Part shown: positions 56,507 to 64,000 of the stretch, in pieces
Numbering within the stretch: position 1 is the stretch's first letter
Layout of the letters: each line of letters opens with the position of its first letter
Assembly: GCA_044349095.1 (NCBI GenBank)
Contig: JBIKRO010000002.1
Coordinates: 47,211 to 111,210, forward strand
Source of the DNA: Aquirufa sp.
GTDB lineage: Bacteria > Bacteroidota > Bacteroidia > Cytophagales > Spirosomataceae
Direction of reading: 5' to 3'
DNA: 64,000 nt
Made by a program: the position numbers and the translations under genes
The notes under the pieces: model-generated
Seen by the model: only the letters and a program-made list of their open reading frames with translations
Database searches by the model: none
Told to the model about the DNA's origin: nothing

Positions 56507-58044
56507 TTGACTTGCATTTTTGAGGCCCACTCTGTGTATTTAGCTAAAAGATTTTTAAATTTTTCGGGATTTTTTTTGATCAAATTATTTGTTTCAATTC
56601 GATCTATTCGGACGTTATACAATTCCCATTCTTTTACTTCATCGTCCCAAACCAATTTCCAATCTCCTTCCCGAATGGCTTTATTGCCAAAATGTTCCCA
56701 TGCAATGTAAGGTTGAGATTCCCTTTTATTCTGCTTCAGAAGGGGAGCCAAACTTTTACCTTCGACCAATTTTGTAGTTTTAGTTTTTGTTAATTCCATG
56801 ATGGTCGGAAAAATATCCATGATATGTCCCACTTGGTCACTTTGAAAGCTTTTTTTAATTCCCGTTGGGTATGAAATAATTAGAGGTGTTGAAATTCCTC
56901 CTTCATGCATCCAATGTTTGTACATCCGAAAAGGAGTATTACTAGCATAGGCCCATTCTTTTCCATAAGTGGTATAACTTCCTGGGGCGCCAATTTTCGT
57001 TGTCAATGAAGCATTGTATTTTCCTTGCCCTAAATCTTTGGATGAACGTTCGCCTAATATTTCATGGCAGGCGCCATTATCTGAAAGGAAGAAAATAACG
57101 GTATTGTCATAGGTTCCATTAGCTTTTAATTCCTTTATGATTTTCCCGATTCCTTGATCCATCTTGTCGACCATCGCCGCATAAGTGGCCATTTTTTCGA
57201 TCCAAATAGTTTTGTCAGCTTCTTGTTCAAAATTAACTATCGTAGGATCCGATCCGGGTAAATTGTCAATATTAGGGTTTAATTTAATTTTATTTTGTTG
57301 TGCAAATCGCTGCTTCCGCAAAGCTTCCCAACCTTGTGTGTATTTGGATTTATAGGAATCAATCAAATCTTGAGGCGCATGAATCGGCCAGTGTGGAGCC
57401 GTGTAGGCTACATATAGAAAAAACGGCTTTCTTGTGGACTTATTTTTCTGTAGATAGGAAACGGATTTATCTGAGATAGCATCGGTAAAATAGTAATTCC
57501 CCTTGGGGGCAAATGGCTCGTTATCTTCAACGAGCTGTCGTTTTGGCAATAATTCATAATAACTGTTAGCTCCTGAAATCAATCCATAAAAGTGATCAAA
57601 ACCTCTTTGGTTAGGCCAATCGGGCTTTTTTTCTCCTACATGCCATTTCCCAGCCATATAGGTATTGTATCCATTCTTTTTTAATTCTTCGGCGATTGTT
57701 GGGGTATTTACGTTTAAAAATCCTTGGTAAGATCCTGTATTATTTCGGTCATAATCGCCTGTGTTGACCATTCCACCCATTCCCGCTTGATGTGGATACA
57801 TTCCCGTGAGCAGCGAGGCTCTACTTGGACAGCAGCGTCCTGCATTATAAAATTGGGTAAAAATGGCTCCTTTTTTACCAAGTAAATCGATGTTAGGCGT
57901 TTTGATTTCTGATCCAAATATTCCAATATCACTATAGCCCATATCATCTACTAAAATCACGATCACATTCGGAGGCGTTTTTTGTGCAAAAACAGTCGAC
58001 ATGTTCATTAAGAGTAAGCAGCAGAAAAGGTAGCTATTTTTCAT
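56503..58044 (-). CDS. S1 family sulfatase (arylsulfatase-like, Cys-type)
   Basis: Signal peptide, 'VILVDDMGYSDIG', and the formylglycine motif 'CCPSRASLLTG'. 513 aa. Confidence 0.92.
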   Translation of the reverse strand: MKNSYLFCCLLLMNMSTVFAQKTPPNVIVILVDDMGYSDIGIFGSEIKTPNIDLLGKKGAIFTQFYNAGRCCPSRASLLTGMYPHQAGMGGMVNTGDYDRNNTGSYQGFLNVNTPTIAEELKKNGYNTYMAGKWHVGEKKPDWPNQRGFDHFYGLISGANSYYELLPKRQLVEDNEPFAPKGNYYFTDAISDKSVSYLQKNKSTRKPFFLYVAYTAPHWPIHAPQDLIDSYKSKYTQGWEALRKQRFAQQNKIKLNPNIDNLPGSDPTIVNFEQEADKTIWIEKMATYAAMVDKMDQGIGKIIKELKANGTYDNTVIFFLSDNGACHEILGERSSKDLGQGKYNASLTTKIGAPGSYTTYGKEWAYASNTPFRMYKHWMHEGGISTPLIISYPTGIKKSFQSDQVGHIMDIFPTIMELTKTKTTKLVEGKSLAPLLKQNKRESQPYIAWEHFGNKAIREGDWKLVWDDEVKEWELYNVRIDRIETNNLIKKNPEKFKNLLAKYTEWASKMQVK

Positions 58045-59873
58045 TTCTTGGTTAGTTTAAGTTCTTCCATGATGGCTAAGGAAAAAAAGGCCGAAGTATA
58101 AGCGCATGTTATTGGAAACCAAGGTCTAAATGCAGCGCCTACCGCCGAATGAATTGTTTTGCCAACAATCCCCCCATAGGCTTGTCGGTCAGAACCTTGG
58201 TATTGATTTTTCATGCACCAAGTTAATGATTTTCGTGCCATGGCGACATATTTTTTCTCTCCACTAGCCGCATATAATTGGTATAATAAATAACTCCATA
58301 ACGCAGTTCCTTTTTCGCTGATGCCCACTTTCTCTAAAGGCTCATCGGTGATAAAAGTCCAATGACCATCCGGTTTTTGCCAAGCTTGCATGCGATCAGC
58401 CATTTTTTTAGCTAAATCTAGGTAGGGTCCTTTTGGGTTGTTTCGATGAGCGGCTAATAATCCCTCCATCGCCCAACCAAGTCCTCGCGTCATTTTTATA
58501 GTCGGCTGAACTCCCGTTTTTTGATGCCAACCACGTTCCCATAAACCATCCGGCCGACTCAATTTTTTCAAATGCTCTTGAATGTATTGCTCAGTCATTT
58601 TGAAATACTTAGGGTCCTTCGTGATGGCGTATAAATTAGCAATGCCTTCAGATCCAAAACCCGATTCGTCGATGGTATGCTCTGAAAACTTTTGTTCATC
58701 TACATAATAATCTTGTGGGATAAGGCCATATTGGGTCATTAAGCGATCCGTAGTTTCAGCTAATAATTTCGCCGCATCTAAATATTTTTTATTCCCTGTT
58801 TCCGTGTATAATGGAATCCAAGCCCAACCGGAAAAGAAATTCGCATCCGAGGTACTATAACATTGTTGGTACCCGAAATCAGGCAAAATAATATCTCTTC
58901 TCCAGCGGGAAAGTGGCACACCAAACATAGGATGAGCCACATCCATGATTCGCGAATTTATGGCCGACTGGCCTATTTTTTCTGCTGCTGACAATAGCCC
59001 TGCTTTGGAGGTAGAAATAGGTAATTCAGCTATTTTTCGGGCATTTAAAAGTACTTTTACCGCGGGACCTGAACCCCAAATCCAATGGTTTGATCGGTAA
59101 CTCTGTGCGTCTAAATCATAAAATAAATTGAGACTTCCGTAGGTAAGGCTACTCGGATTGTTGTTTTGTGAGCGAAGGAGGTAGTCAATGGATTTTGAAA
59201 GTGCTAATTTCAGATTTTTCTGAGTGAAGCTACTGTTTGTGAGCTCCGGCCTAACGATGGTTTTTGTAGACCAATTTATCTTATGTTTAATTGTTTTTGA
59301 TACCCCATTTTCTTTGTAATGCACCGTAATGGTACCTTTCCAGTCTTCACTTAAAGGAGTAAAATGATAGTTTAGGGATCCATTTAAGGGCTGAACTATT
59401 TGTTGGATATAAAAATCTTTAATTTGGCGTGCGCGTGGTTCAATATAGAGTGAATTTTCCCAGTCTTCCAATCGGTCTGCTTCGAAGTTCAATTTCTTTT
59501 TATTTGATTCAGACTTTTTGAAAAAATGCTGATTCCAAGCGGAAACAGTGGCCATTGAGTCAAGAATGATATGCCCTTTCATGCCTGGATTTCGAACAAT
59601 GTCAACCACGGGGTACCAAATCTGTTTGTTTGGTATGGGATTAGGCAATACCGTTTGTGGCTCAGGATGTTCGGTGGAAATATCTGTGATCTTCGTTATT
59701 CGAGTATTTCGATCACTTCTTATTTGAATTTTTACCTCTTGAACGTTCGGATTTAAGTTGGCATGAAACGTAATTCCAGCTCCGTCCGGACTCCAAGAAA
59801 CCTCATGTCGATTCGCTTGTGCAAACAATATTTCAGAAGACAATAGCAGTAAACTGATGAATAAAGATCTCAT
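58041..59873 (-). CDS. secreted protein of unknown family: beta-rich N-domain + probable (alpha/alpha)6-type C-domain
   Basis: Signal 'MRSLFISLLLLSSEILFAQ'. The C-terminal ~390 aa has repeated W/Y-rich helical hairpin-like blocks ('GWAWIPLYTETGNKKYLDAAK', 'GLGWAMEGLLAAH', 'ALWSYLLYQLYAASGEKKY'). ATGA overlaps on both sides. Confidence 0.55.
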   Translation of the reverse strand: MRSLFISLLLLSSEILFAQANRHEVSWSPDGAGITFHANLNPNVQEVKIQIRSDRNTRITKITDISTEHPEPQTVLPNPIPNKQIWYPVVDIVRNPGMKGHIILDSMATVSAWNQHFFKKSESNKKKLNFEADRLEDWENSLYIEPRARQIKDFYIQQIVQPLNGSLNYHFTPLSEDWKGTITVHYKENGVSKTIKHKINWSTKTIVRPELTNSSFTQKNLKLALSKSIDYLLRSQNNNPSSLTYGSLNLFYDLDAQSYRSNHWIWGSGPAVKVLLNARKIAELPISTSKAGLLSAAEKIGQSAINSRIMDVAHPMFGVPLSRWRRDIILPDFGYQQCYSTSDANFFSGWAWIPLYTETGNKKYLDAAKLLAETTDRLMTQYGLIPQDYYVDEQKFSEHTIDESGFGSEGIANLYAITKDPKYFKMTEQYIQEHLKKLSRPDGLWERGWHQKTGVQPTIKMTRGLGWAMEGLLAAHRNNPKGPYLDLAKKMADRMQAWQKPDGHWTFITDEPLEKVGISEKGTALWSYLLYQLYAASGEKKYVAMARKSLTWCMKNQYQGSDRQAYGGIVGKTIHSAVGAAFRPWFPITCAYTSAFFSLAIMEELKLTKK

Positions 59874-61039
59874 TTTTTATTTTTTTGACGTACCAATGCT
59901 TCTAAAAAATAATAGTCAGCATACACGATAGGTGCATCTATTTCAAATCCATTTGGTAAACCGCCCGTGCTGTGATTTAAAAGAAATCCATGGGTGGAAG
60001 ATGCCACAGGGGCTAAATAGTCCGTAGAACTAAGGCTCGCCAAGATCTTATCGGCAAATCCTTGGTAATAGGTTTTTTTGTAGGGTTGGAGGTTTGCTAA
60101 CTCATACAATGCGGAAGCTGTAATAGCCGCGGCGGAGGCATCTCTAGGTACATGGGGGATTTTAGGATCATCAAAATCCCAATAAGGAACAAGGTCGGAA
60201 GGTAATCTAGGGTGATTTAAGATGTATTGAGCGATGTTTTCAGCTAAATTCAAATATTGTTTTTTCCCAGTTTCTCGATAGCATACGGCATAGCCATACA
60301 AAGCCCATGCCTGGCCCCGAGCCCATGCAGATGCATGTGCATAGCCTTGATGCGTATTTTTTTTGACCACGGCCCCCGTTTTTACGTCATAGTCTAACAC
60401 GTGGTAAGAACTAAAGTCTGGCCTAAAATGATTTTTCATCGTCGTATTTGCATGAGATACGGCTACCTTATAAAAAGCAGAATCTTTGGTTTCCTTAAAT
60501 GCCCAAAATAATAATTCCAAGTTCATCATGTTGTCGATGATCACGGGGTTGTCCCATTTGTCCCGACTATGATCCCAAGAGCGAATAACTCCTGTTGTGG
60601 GATTGAATCTTTTTATGTTGGTTCTGGCTGATTGGATTAAGATATCACGATAGTTGGAATTGTTTGTCAACCGAAGCCCATTTCCAAAACTAGTGTACAT
60701 CTTAAATCCCATGTCATGCGTTCCGGCATTCATTTTTTCTTTTTCGAGCGGCAATGTGTAGTTTTCTGCTTGGGCTGCCCACTTTTTATTTCCAGTTAAT
60801 TCATATAAATACCATAATCCTCCAGGAAAAAAACCTGAACACCAATCTTTTGACGCAACTAAAATTAGTGAATCGCGACGCACGGTTCTCGGGCTCACCT
60901 TATCACTATTTCTTGAGGCAACTCTAGACGACTCTCTTAGGGCATAATCCATTTGGGATTCTATTTTTGAGATCAGGCTGGCTTGTTGGGCCGCGCTGGA
61001 AAAACATAAAAGAGTTAAAATAGCGATGTATTTTTTCAT
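59870..61039 (-). CDS. GH88 family unsaturated glucuronyl hydrolase
   Basis: 'WCSGFFPGGLWYLYELTG', 'IIDNMMNLELLFWA' and 'QGYAHASAWARGQAWALYGY' blocks. The ATG at 61039 (signal 'MKKYIAILTLLCFSSAAQ') is preferred over the TTG at 61078. Confidence 0.88.
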   Translation of the reverse strand: MKKYIAILTLLCFSSAAQQASLISKIESQMDYALRESSRVASRNSDKVSPRTVRRDSLILVASKDWCSGFFPGGLWYLYELTGNKKWAAQAENYTLPLEKEKMNAGTHDMGFKMYTSFGNGLRLTNNSNYRDILIQSARTNIKRFNPTTGVIRSWDHSRDKWDNPVIIDNMMNLELLFWAFKETKDSAFYKVAVSHANTTMKNHFRPDFSSYHVLDYDVKTGAVVKKNTHQGYAHASAWARGQAWALYGYAVCYRETGKKQYLNLAENIAQYILNHPRLPSDLVPYWDFDDPKIPHVPRDASAAAITASALYELANLQPYKKTYYQGFADKILASLSSTDYLAPVASSTHGFLLNHSTGGLPNGFEIDAPIVYADYYFLEALVRQKNKK

Positions 61040-61144
61040 GTTATCTGGATTGATTTTGGGTTTTTCTATTGGCAGCAACGAATCGCAAAATAGAAGGTTG
61101 CTTTTTTCATAGGTTTGGAGAATACAATCATCATGCGTCTAAAT

Positions 61145-61179
61145 TAAAAATAACTCCCCATTTAATAGGGAGTTATTTT
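61145..61179 (-). terminator. stem-loop with flanking T-runs between susD-like and GH88 (terminator/attenuator candidate)
   Basis: 13-bp stem AAAAATAACTCCC/GGGAGTTATTTTT with a GC core ACTCCC/GGGAGT and a 9-nt loop. T-run follows on either strand. Confidence 0.55.
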
Positions 61180-61200
61180 TAAAATTACTGAAAAAAATGA

Positions 61201-62688
61201 TTACCTGATGGAAGGGTTGTTTACCAACTCCACATCAGGAAGGAACAATGTAAATCGAGCAATGCTGCCTCCTGTAGGAGTTTTTCCAGCAGCTTTCGCT
61301 ACGGCATCAGCACGTCCTGTTCTCACCATATCCCACCATCTTTTACACTCATAGATAAACTCATATCCTCTTTCTTGGAAAATCAAATCGTCAAAAGCTG
61401 TTTTGGATAATCCTGCAGGAAAGTCAGCTAAAGTACTTGACTTAGCTAAATCTACTCCATATCCTCTTCTGCGAACTTGGTTTACCGCGTCATAAGCTGC
61501 TTGCGTTGGACCATTTAATTGGTTTTCACATTCTGCAAAAATCAAATAGGCCTCAGCAAAACGGTATAAATAATAATCATTTCCTGCAGCTGTTTCTTCA
61601 GGTGCAGCACCATCTCTGAATTTTCCAAACATAAAGCTAGCTTGAGGAATTAAATTGGCTCTTACTTTTACTCCTTTGATGGTAATGGTATCGATCAAAT
61701 TCCAAGTTCTGCGTAGGTCTTTTCTGTCCCAATCTTTAATTAAAGGAGCATTTCTACACATTAACGCGGAGATTCCACGAGCGGCCAGACCCGCATCTAA
61801 AGCACGTCCTTCAAAAGCATAGGTTGGCAAGAACGAGCCCAATGCTTTTTGCTGAGAAAATTTAATCGCAAAAATTTCTTCAGAATTCGTTGGCGTAGAC
61901 GGCGAATATAAAGTCTCTAAAGATTTAACTAGATCATAGCCATACGTTGCTTTATTGTCGATTACCTCTTTCGCTTTTAAACGTGCATTGGTATAATCTT
62001 TTTTCCATAAATATATGTCGGCAAGCATCATTTTAGCACTTCCTTTCGTCGCTCTACCTGTATTAGCTTCAGGAACTTTATTAGGTAAATTAGCTTCACA
62101 AAAGATTAAGTCTTTAGTGATTTGATCGATGATAATGCTAGAGCTTGTTAATGGCAAGGCTGTTCCATCAGAATTTTCGATTGGCGATAAACGTAAAGGA
62201 ACGTTGCCATGCATACGGGTCAACCACCAATAACACAATGAACGGACAAAATAAGCTTCTGCTTTATAAGGTGCTTTGATGTTTTCAGCAAGTGATTTAT
62301 CATCATCAATCGCTTTAATGATCAAATTTGATTTTCCAATGGCTTCATAAAAGGTAGTCCATCTGGCCGCATTATCATTTCTTTGAGGCTCAAAATTATA
62401 GTTCATATAATTGGTTCCACCCCCAGCAGGCAATTGGCAATACTCAGCTAAACCTTCGATATCTCTGGTTAAAGTAGATTCCCAGAGACGACCACGAGAA
62501 CGTGAAAGTGGCTCATAAGCCCCGATAACAAAAGCATCCAAAAGTGGCTTGCTTAATGTTGAAATTTGATATCGAGCCGGAGGAACTTCTTCTAAAAACT
62601 TCTCGCAGCTAGAAAGCGATCCCATCATGAGGATCATTAAAATCGGAATTAATTGTATGTTTTTTATCTTTTTCATAACCTGAATCAT
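61201..62688 (-). CDS. SusD/RagB family outer membrane lipoprotein
   Basis: Lipobox 'GSLSSCEKFLEEVP' and a RagB/SusD-like C-terminal 'ERGYEFIYECKRWWDMVR'. The start may instead be the Met 4 codons downstream. Confidence 0.88.
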   Translation of the reverse strand: MIQVMKKIKNIQLIPILMILMMGSLSSCEKFLEEVPPARYQISTLSKPLLDAFVIGAYEPLSRSRGRLWESTLTRDIEGLAEYCQLPAGGGTNYMNYNFEPQRNDNAARWTTFYEAIGKSNLIIKAIDDDKSLAENIKAPYKAEAYFVRSLCYWWLTRMHGNVPLRLSPIENSDGTALPLTSSSIIIDQITKDLIFCEANLPNKVPEANTGRATKGSAKMMLADIYLWKKDYTNARLKAKEVIDNKATYGYDLVKSLETLYSPSTPTNSEEIFAIKFSQQKALGSFLPTYAFEGRALDAGLAARGISALMCRNAPLIKDWDRKDLRRTWNLIDTITIKGVKVRANLIPQASFMFGKFRDGAAPEETAAGNDYYLYRFAEAYLIFAECENQLNGPTQAAYDAVNQVRRRGYGVDLAKSSTLADFPAGLSKTAFDDLIFQERGYEFIYECKRWWDMVRTGRADAVAKAAGKTPTGGSIARFTLFLPDVELVNNPSIR

Positions 62689-62704
62689 TTAAAATTTTAT
62701 AGAA

Positions 62705-64000
62705 TTAAAAGTTGACGGTTAAACCTAATGTAACCGTTTTAGAACCTGGATATGCACCATTGTCAACCCCTTGTTGGAGTGAGTTGCCACTAAATGCATT
62801 CACCTCAGGATCATATCCTTTGTAATCGGTTATGGTAATTATATTGTTACCTGATAGATAAATATTGGCAGACTTGATAAATTTAGTATCTCCCAAAGGC
62901 AGAGAATAATCTAAACGAATATTGCGTAAACGAATATAAGATCCATCTTCAATAAACAAATCAGATCTTCTGTGAATAATAGAGGCTCTTGGCTTTGGAT
63001 AGTAATTATAAATTTCTGCTGAGCGATTGTAAATGGGCGTAGGTGTAGCCGCTGTAAATAACATTTGATTATCAATGCTGTTTCCTTGAACGCTAGACCA
63101 AGTCATCATGAAATTAAAGCGCTTATATTTTAAGCTTGTGTTTAAACCAATGATGGTCGACGGATATGGATTTCCAATGTACTGGTTATCACGTCCATCA
63201 ATGATTCCATCTCCATTCACATCCATAAAGGCCATTTCTCCATCTGCGGCATATCCATTAAATTTAGGTCCGTAAAAAGAGGATAATGGATCACCAGGAG
63301 TAATTCTAGAGTTTCCGGAACTAAATGGCAAATTGTTTTTAGTAGCAACTACCTTGTTCTTGTTGATGGAAAGGTTAGCGTCGATAGACCAACGAAGATC
63401 CTTGGTCGCGATTAGATCAGTGCCAATTTCCAATTCAAATCCTTTGTTTTCGACCTCACCCACGTTGTCAATAATCGTGTTATATCCAGAAGATGGAGGC
63501 AATTGGACCGTCGCTAATAATGAGGTTGTATTCTTTACATAATAATCTAAAGTAACTCGATATTTGTCATTTAGGAATCCAAAATCCAAACCAGCATTGG
63601 TCTGAGTGGTTGTTTCCCAAGTCAAATTGTCGTTTGGCAATGTAGGAGATAAACCTACCGCTAATCCAGAACCTGCACCCTGAGCCGTATTAATTACGTT
63701 TCCGATCAATAATGATTGATAAGGTTGAATCGCAGGATTTCCTGACTGTCCCCAAGTAGCACGTACTTTAAGGTTAGAAATGGCCGTAACATTTTTCATG
63801 AAAGGCTCTTCAGATGCTTTCCAAGCTAAACCCAATGAAGGGAAAACTCCATATTTCTTATTCTTACTAAATACAGACGCGCCATCTCTACGAATACTAG
63901 CCGTAAATAAATAGCGATCCTTAAAGTTTAAACGTACCCTTGAAAAACCTGAAACTAATCGGTTGGTGATAATATCGGTAACCGGCTTTGAAACAGAACC
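62705..64000 (-). CDS. SusC/RagA family TonB-dependent transporter, C-terminal part (gene runs off the window)
   Basis: The frame stays open upstream of 63835 to the window edge ('...FTASIRRDGASVFSKNKKYGVFPSLGLAWKASEEPFMKN'). Ends '...LGLTVNF'. Lies 16 nt upstream of the susD-like gene. Confidence 0.9.
   Translation of the reverse strand, partial: GSVSKPVTDIITNRLVSGFSRVRLNFKDRYLFTASIRRDGASVFSKNKKYGVFPSLGLAWKASEEPFMKNVTAISNLKVRATWGQSGNPAIQPYQSLLIGNVINTAQGAGSGLAVGLSPTLPNDNLTWETTTQTNAGLDFGFLNDKYRVTLDYYVKNTTSLLATVQLPPSSGYNTIIDNVGEVENKGFELEIGTDLIATKDLRWSIDANLSINKNKVVATKNNLPFSSGNSRITPGDPLSSFYGPKFNGYAADGEMAFMDVNGDGIIDGRDNQYIGNPYPSTIIGLNTSLKYKRFNFMMTWSSVQGNSIDNQMLFTAATPTPIYNRSAEIYNYYPKPRASIIHRRSDLFIEDGSYIRLRNIRLDYSLPLGDTKFIKSANIYLSGNNIITITDYKGYDPEVNAFSGNSLQQGVDNGAYPGSKTVTLGLTVNF

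Noticed and set aside
61040-61078. TTG-initiated 13-codon extension of GH88. The same issue arises with TTG starts at 45891 and 29803, and with the upstream start at 56530.
   Set aside because: In each case an in-frame ATG immediately precedes a typical signal peptide or forms an ATGA overlap with the upstream stop. The extensions add non-signal residues.
55358-64000. Reading the second PUL as an alginate utilisation locus, because two proteins carry the alginate-lyase-family signature
   Set aside because: GH88 and an S1 sulfatase are present, and I see no PL6/PL7/PL17-type, KdgF or DEH-reductase-like genes. The gene set fits a sulfated uronic-acid polymer better. The family label is kept only as a fold/family call.
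1-64000. Search for mobile elements, prophage, defence systems, toxin-antitoxin pairs, tRNA/rRNA/tmRNA
   Set aside because: No ORF shows transposase, integrase, recombinase, restriction, Cas, reverse-transcriptase or toxin signatures. No intergenic region except 27.6-27.9 kb and 49.4-49.7 kb is long enough for a structured RNA, and those two lack tRNA-like or conserved ncRNA features.

Overview
This is an AT-rich chromosomal segment whose content points to Bacteroidota: two SusC/SusD pairs, a fused SecDF, GSCFA and DUF885 genes, and several TAnnTTTG promoter boxes. I found no rRNA, tRNA, CRISPR array, transposase, integrase or phage gene.

Positions 1 to about 36.5 kb are densely packed housekeeping genes:
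- M16 peptidase, ispF and RelA/SpoT
- Fur and purA
- tsaD, divergent from a 1489-aa TamB-like protein
- nadB, which is unlinked from the nadC-nadA pair at 27.9-29.7 kb
- udk
- a tight ApbC - NifU-like - long Ddl-like ATP-grasp - DinB/YfiT operon
- a GH63-like glucosidase and RidA
- secDF, an APC permease and prfC

Positions 36.5 to 64 kb are accessory and hold three modules.
1. An AraC + BASS transporter pair lies divergent from a SusC/SusD locus that has no glycoside hydrolase. Instead it encodes two twin-arginine-exported enolase-superfamily enzymes and two Sec-exported RraA/aldolase-like proteins, with a secreted AGE-family protein on the opposite strand. This is the most unusual system in the window. 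I read it as a candidate periplasmic dehydratase/aldolase route fed by a TonB-dependent importer.
2. A GT2 - SDR - (alginate-lyase-like + GH92 fusion) - small secreted protein operon.
3. A minus-strand PUL: SusC (partial) - SusD - hairpin - GH88 - unknown 610-aa protein - sulfatase - alginate-lyase-like protein. The last four genes are joined by ATGA overlaps.

Non-coding oddities are an inverted pair of self-palindromic REP-like elements after purA/tsaD, and inverted arrays of AGGTAAT-type heptads filling the ridA/nadA convergent gap.

All family calls come from motifs read in the translations and from recalled family signatures. No database search was run.
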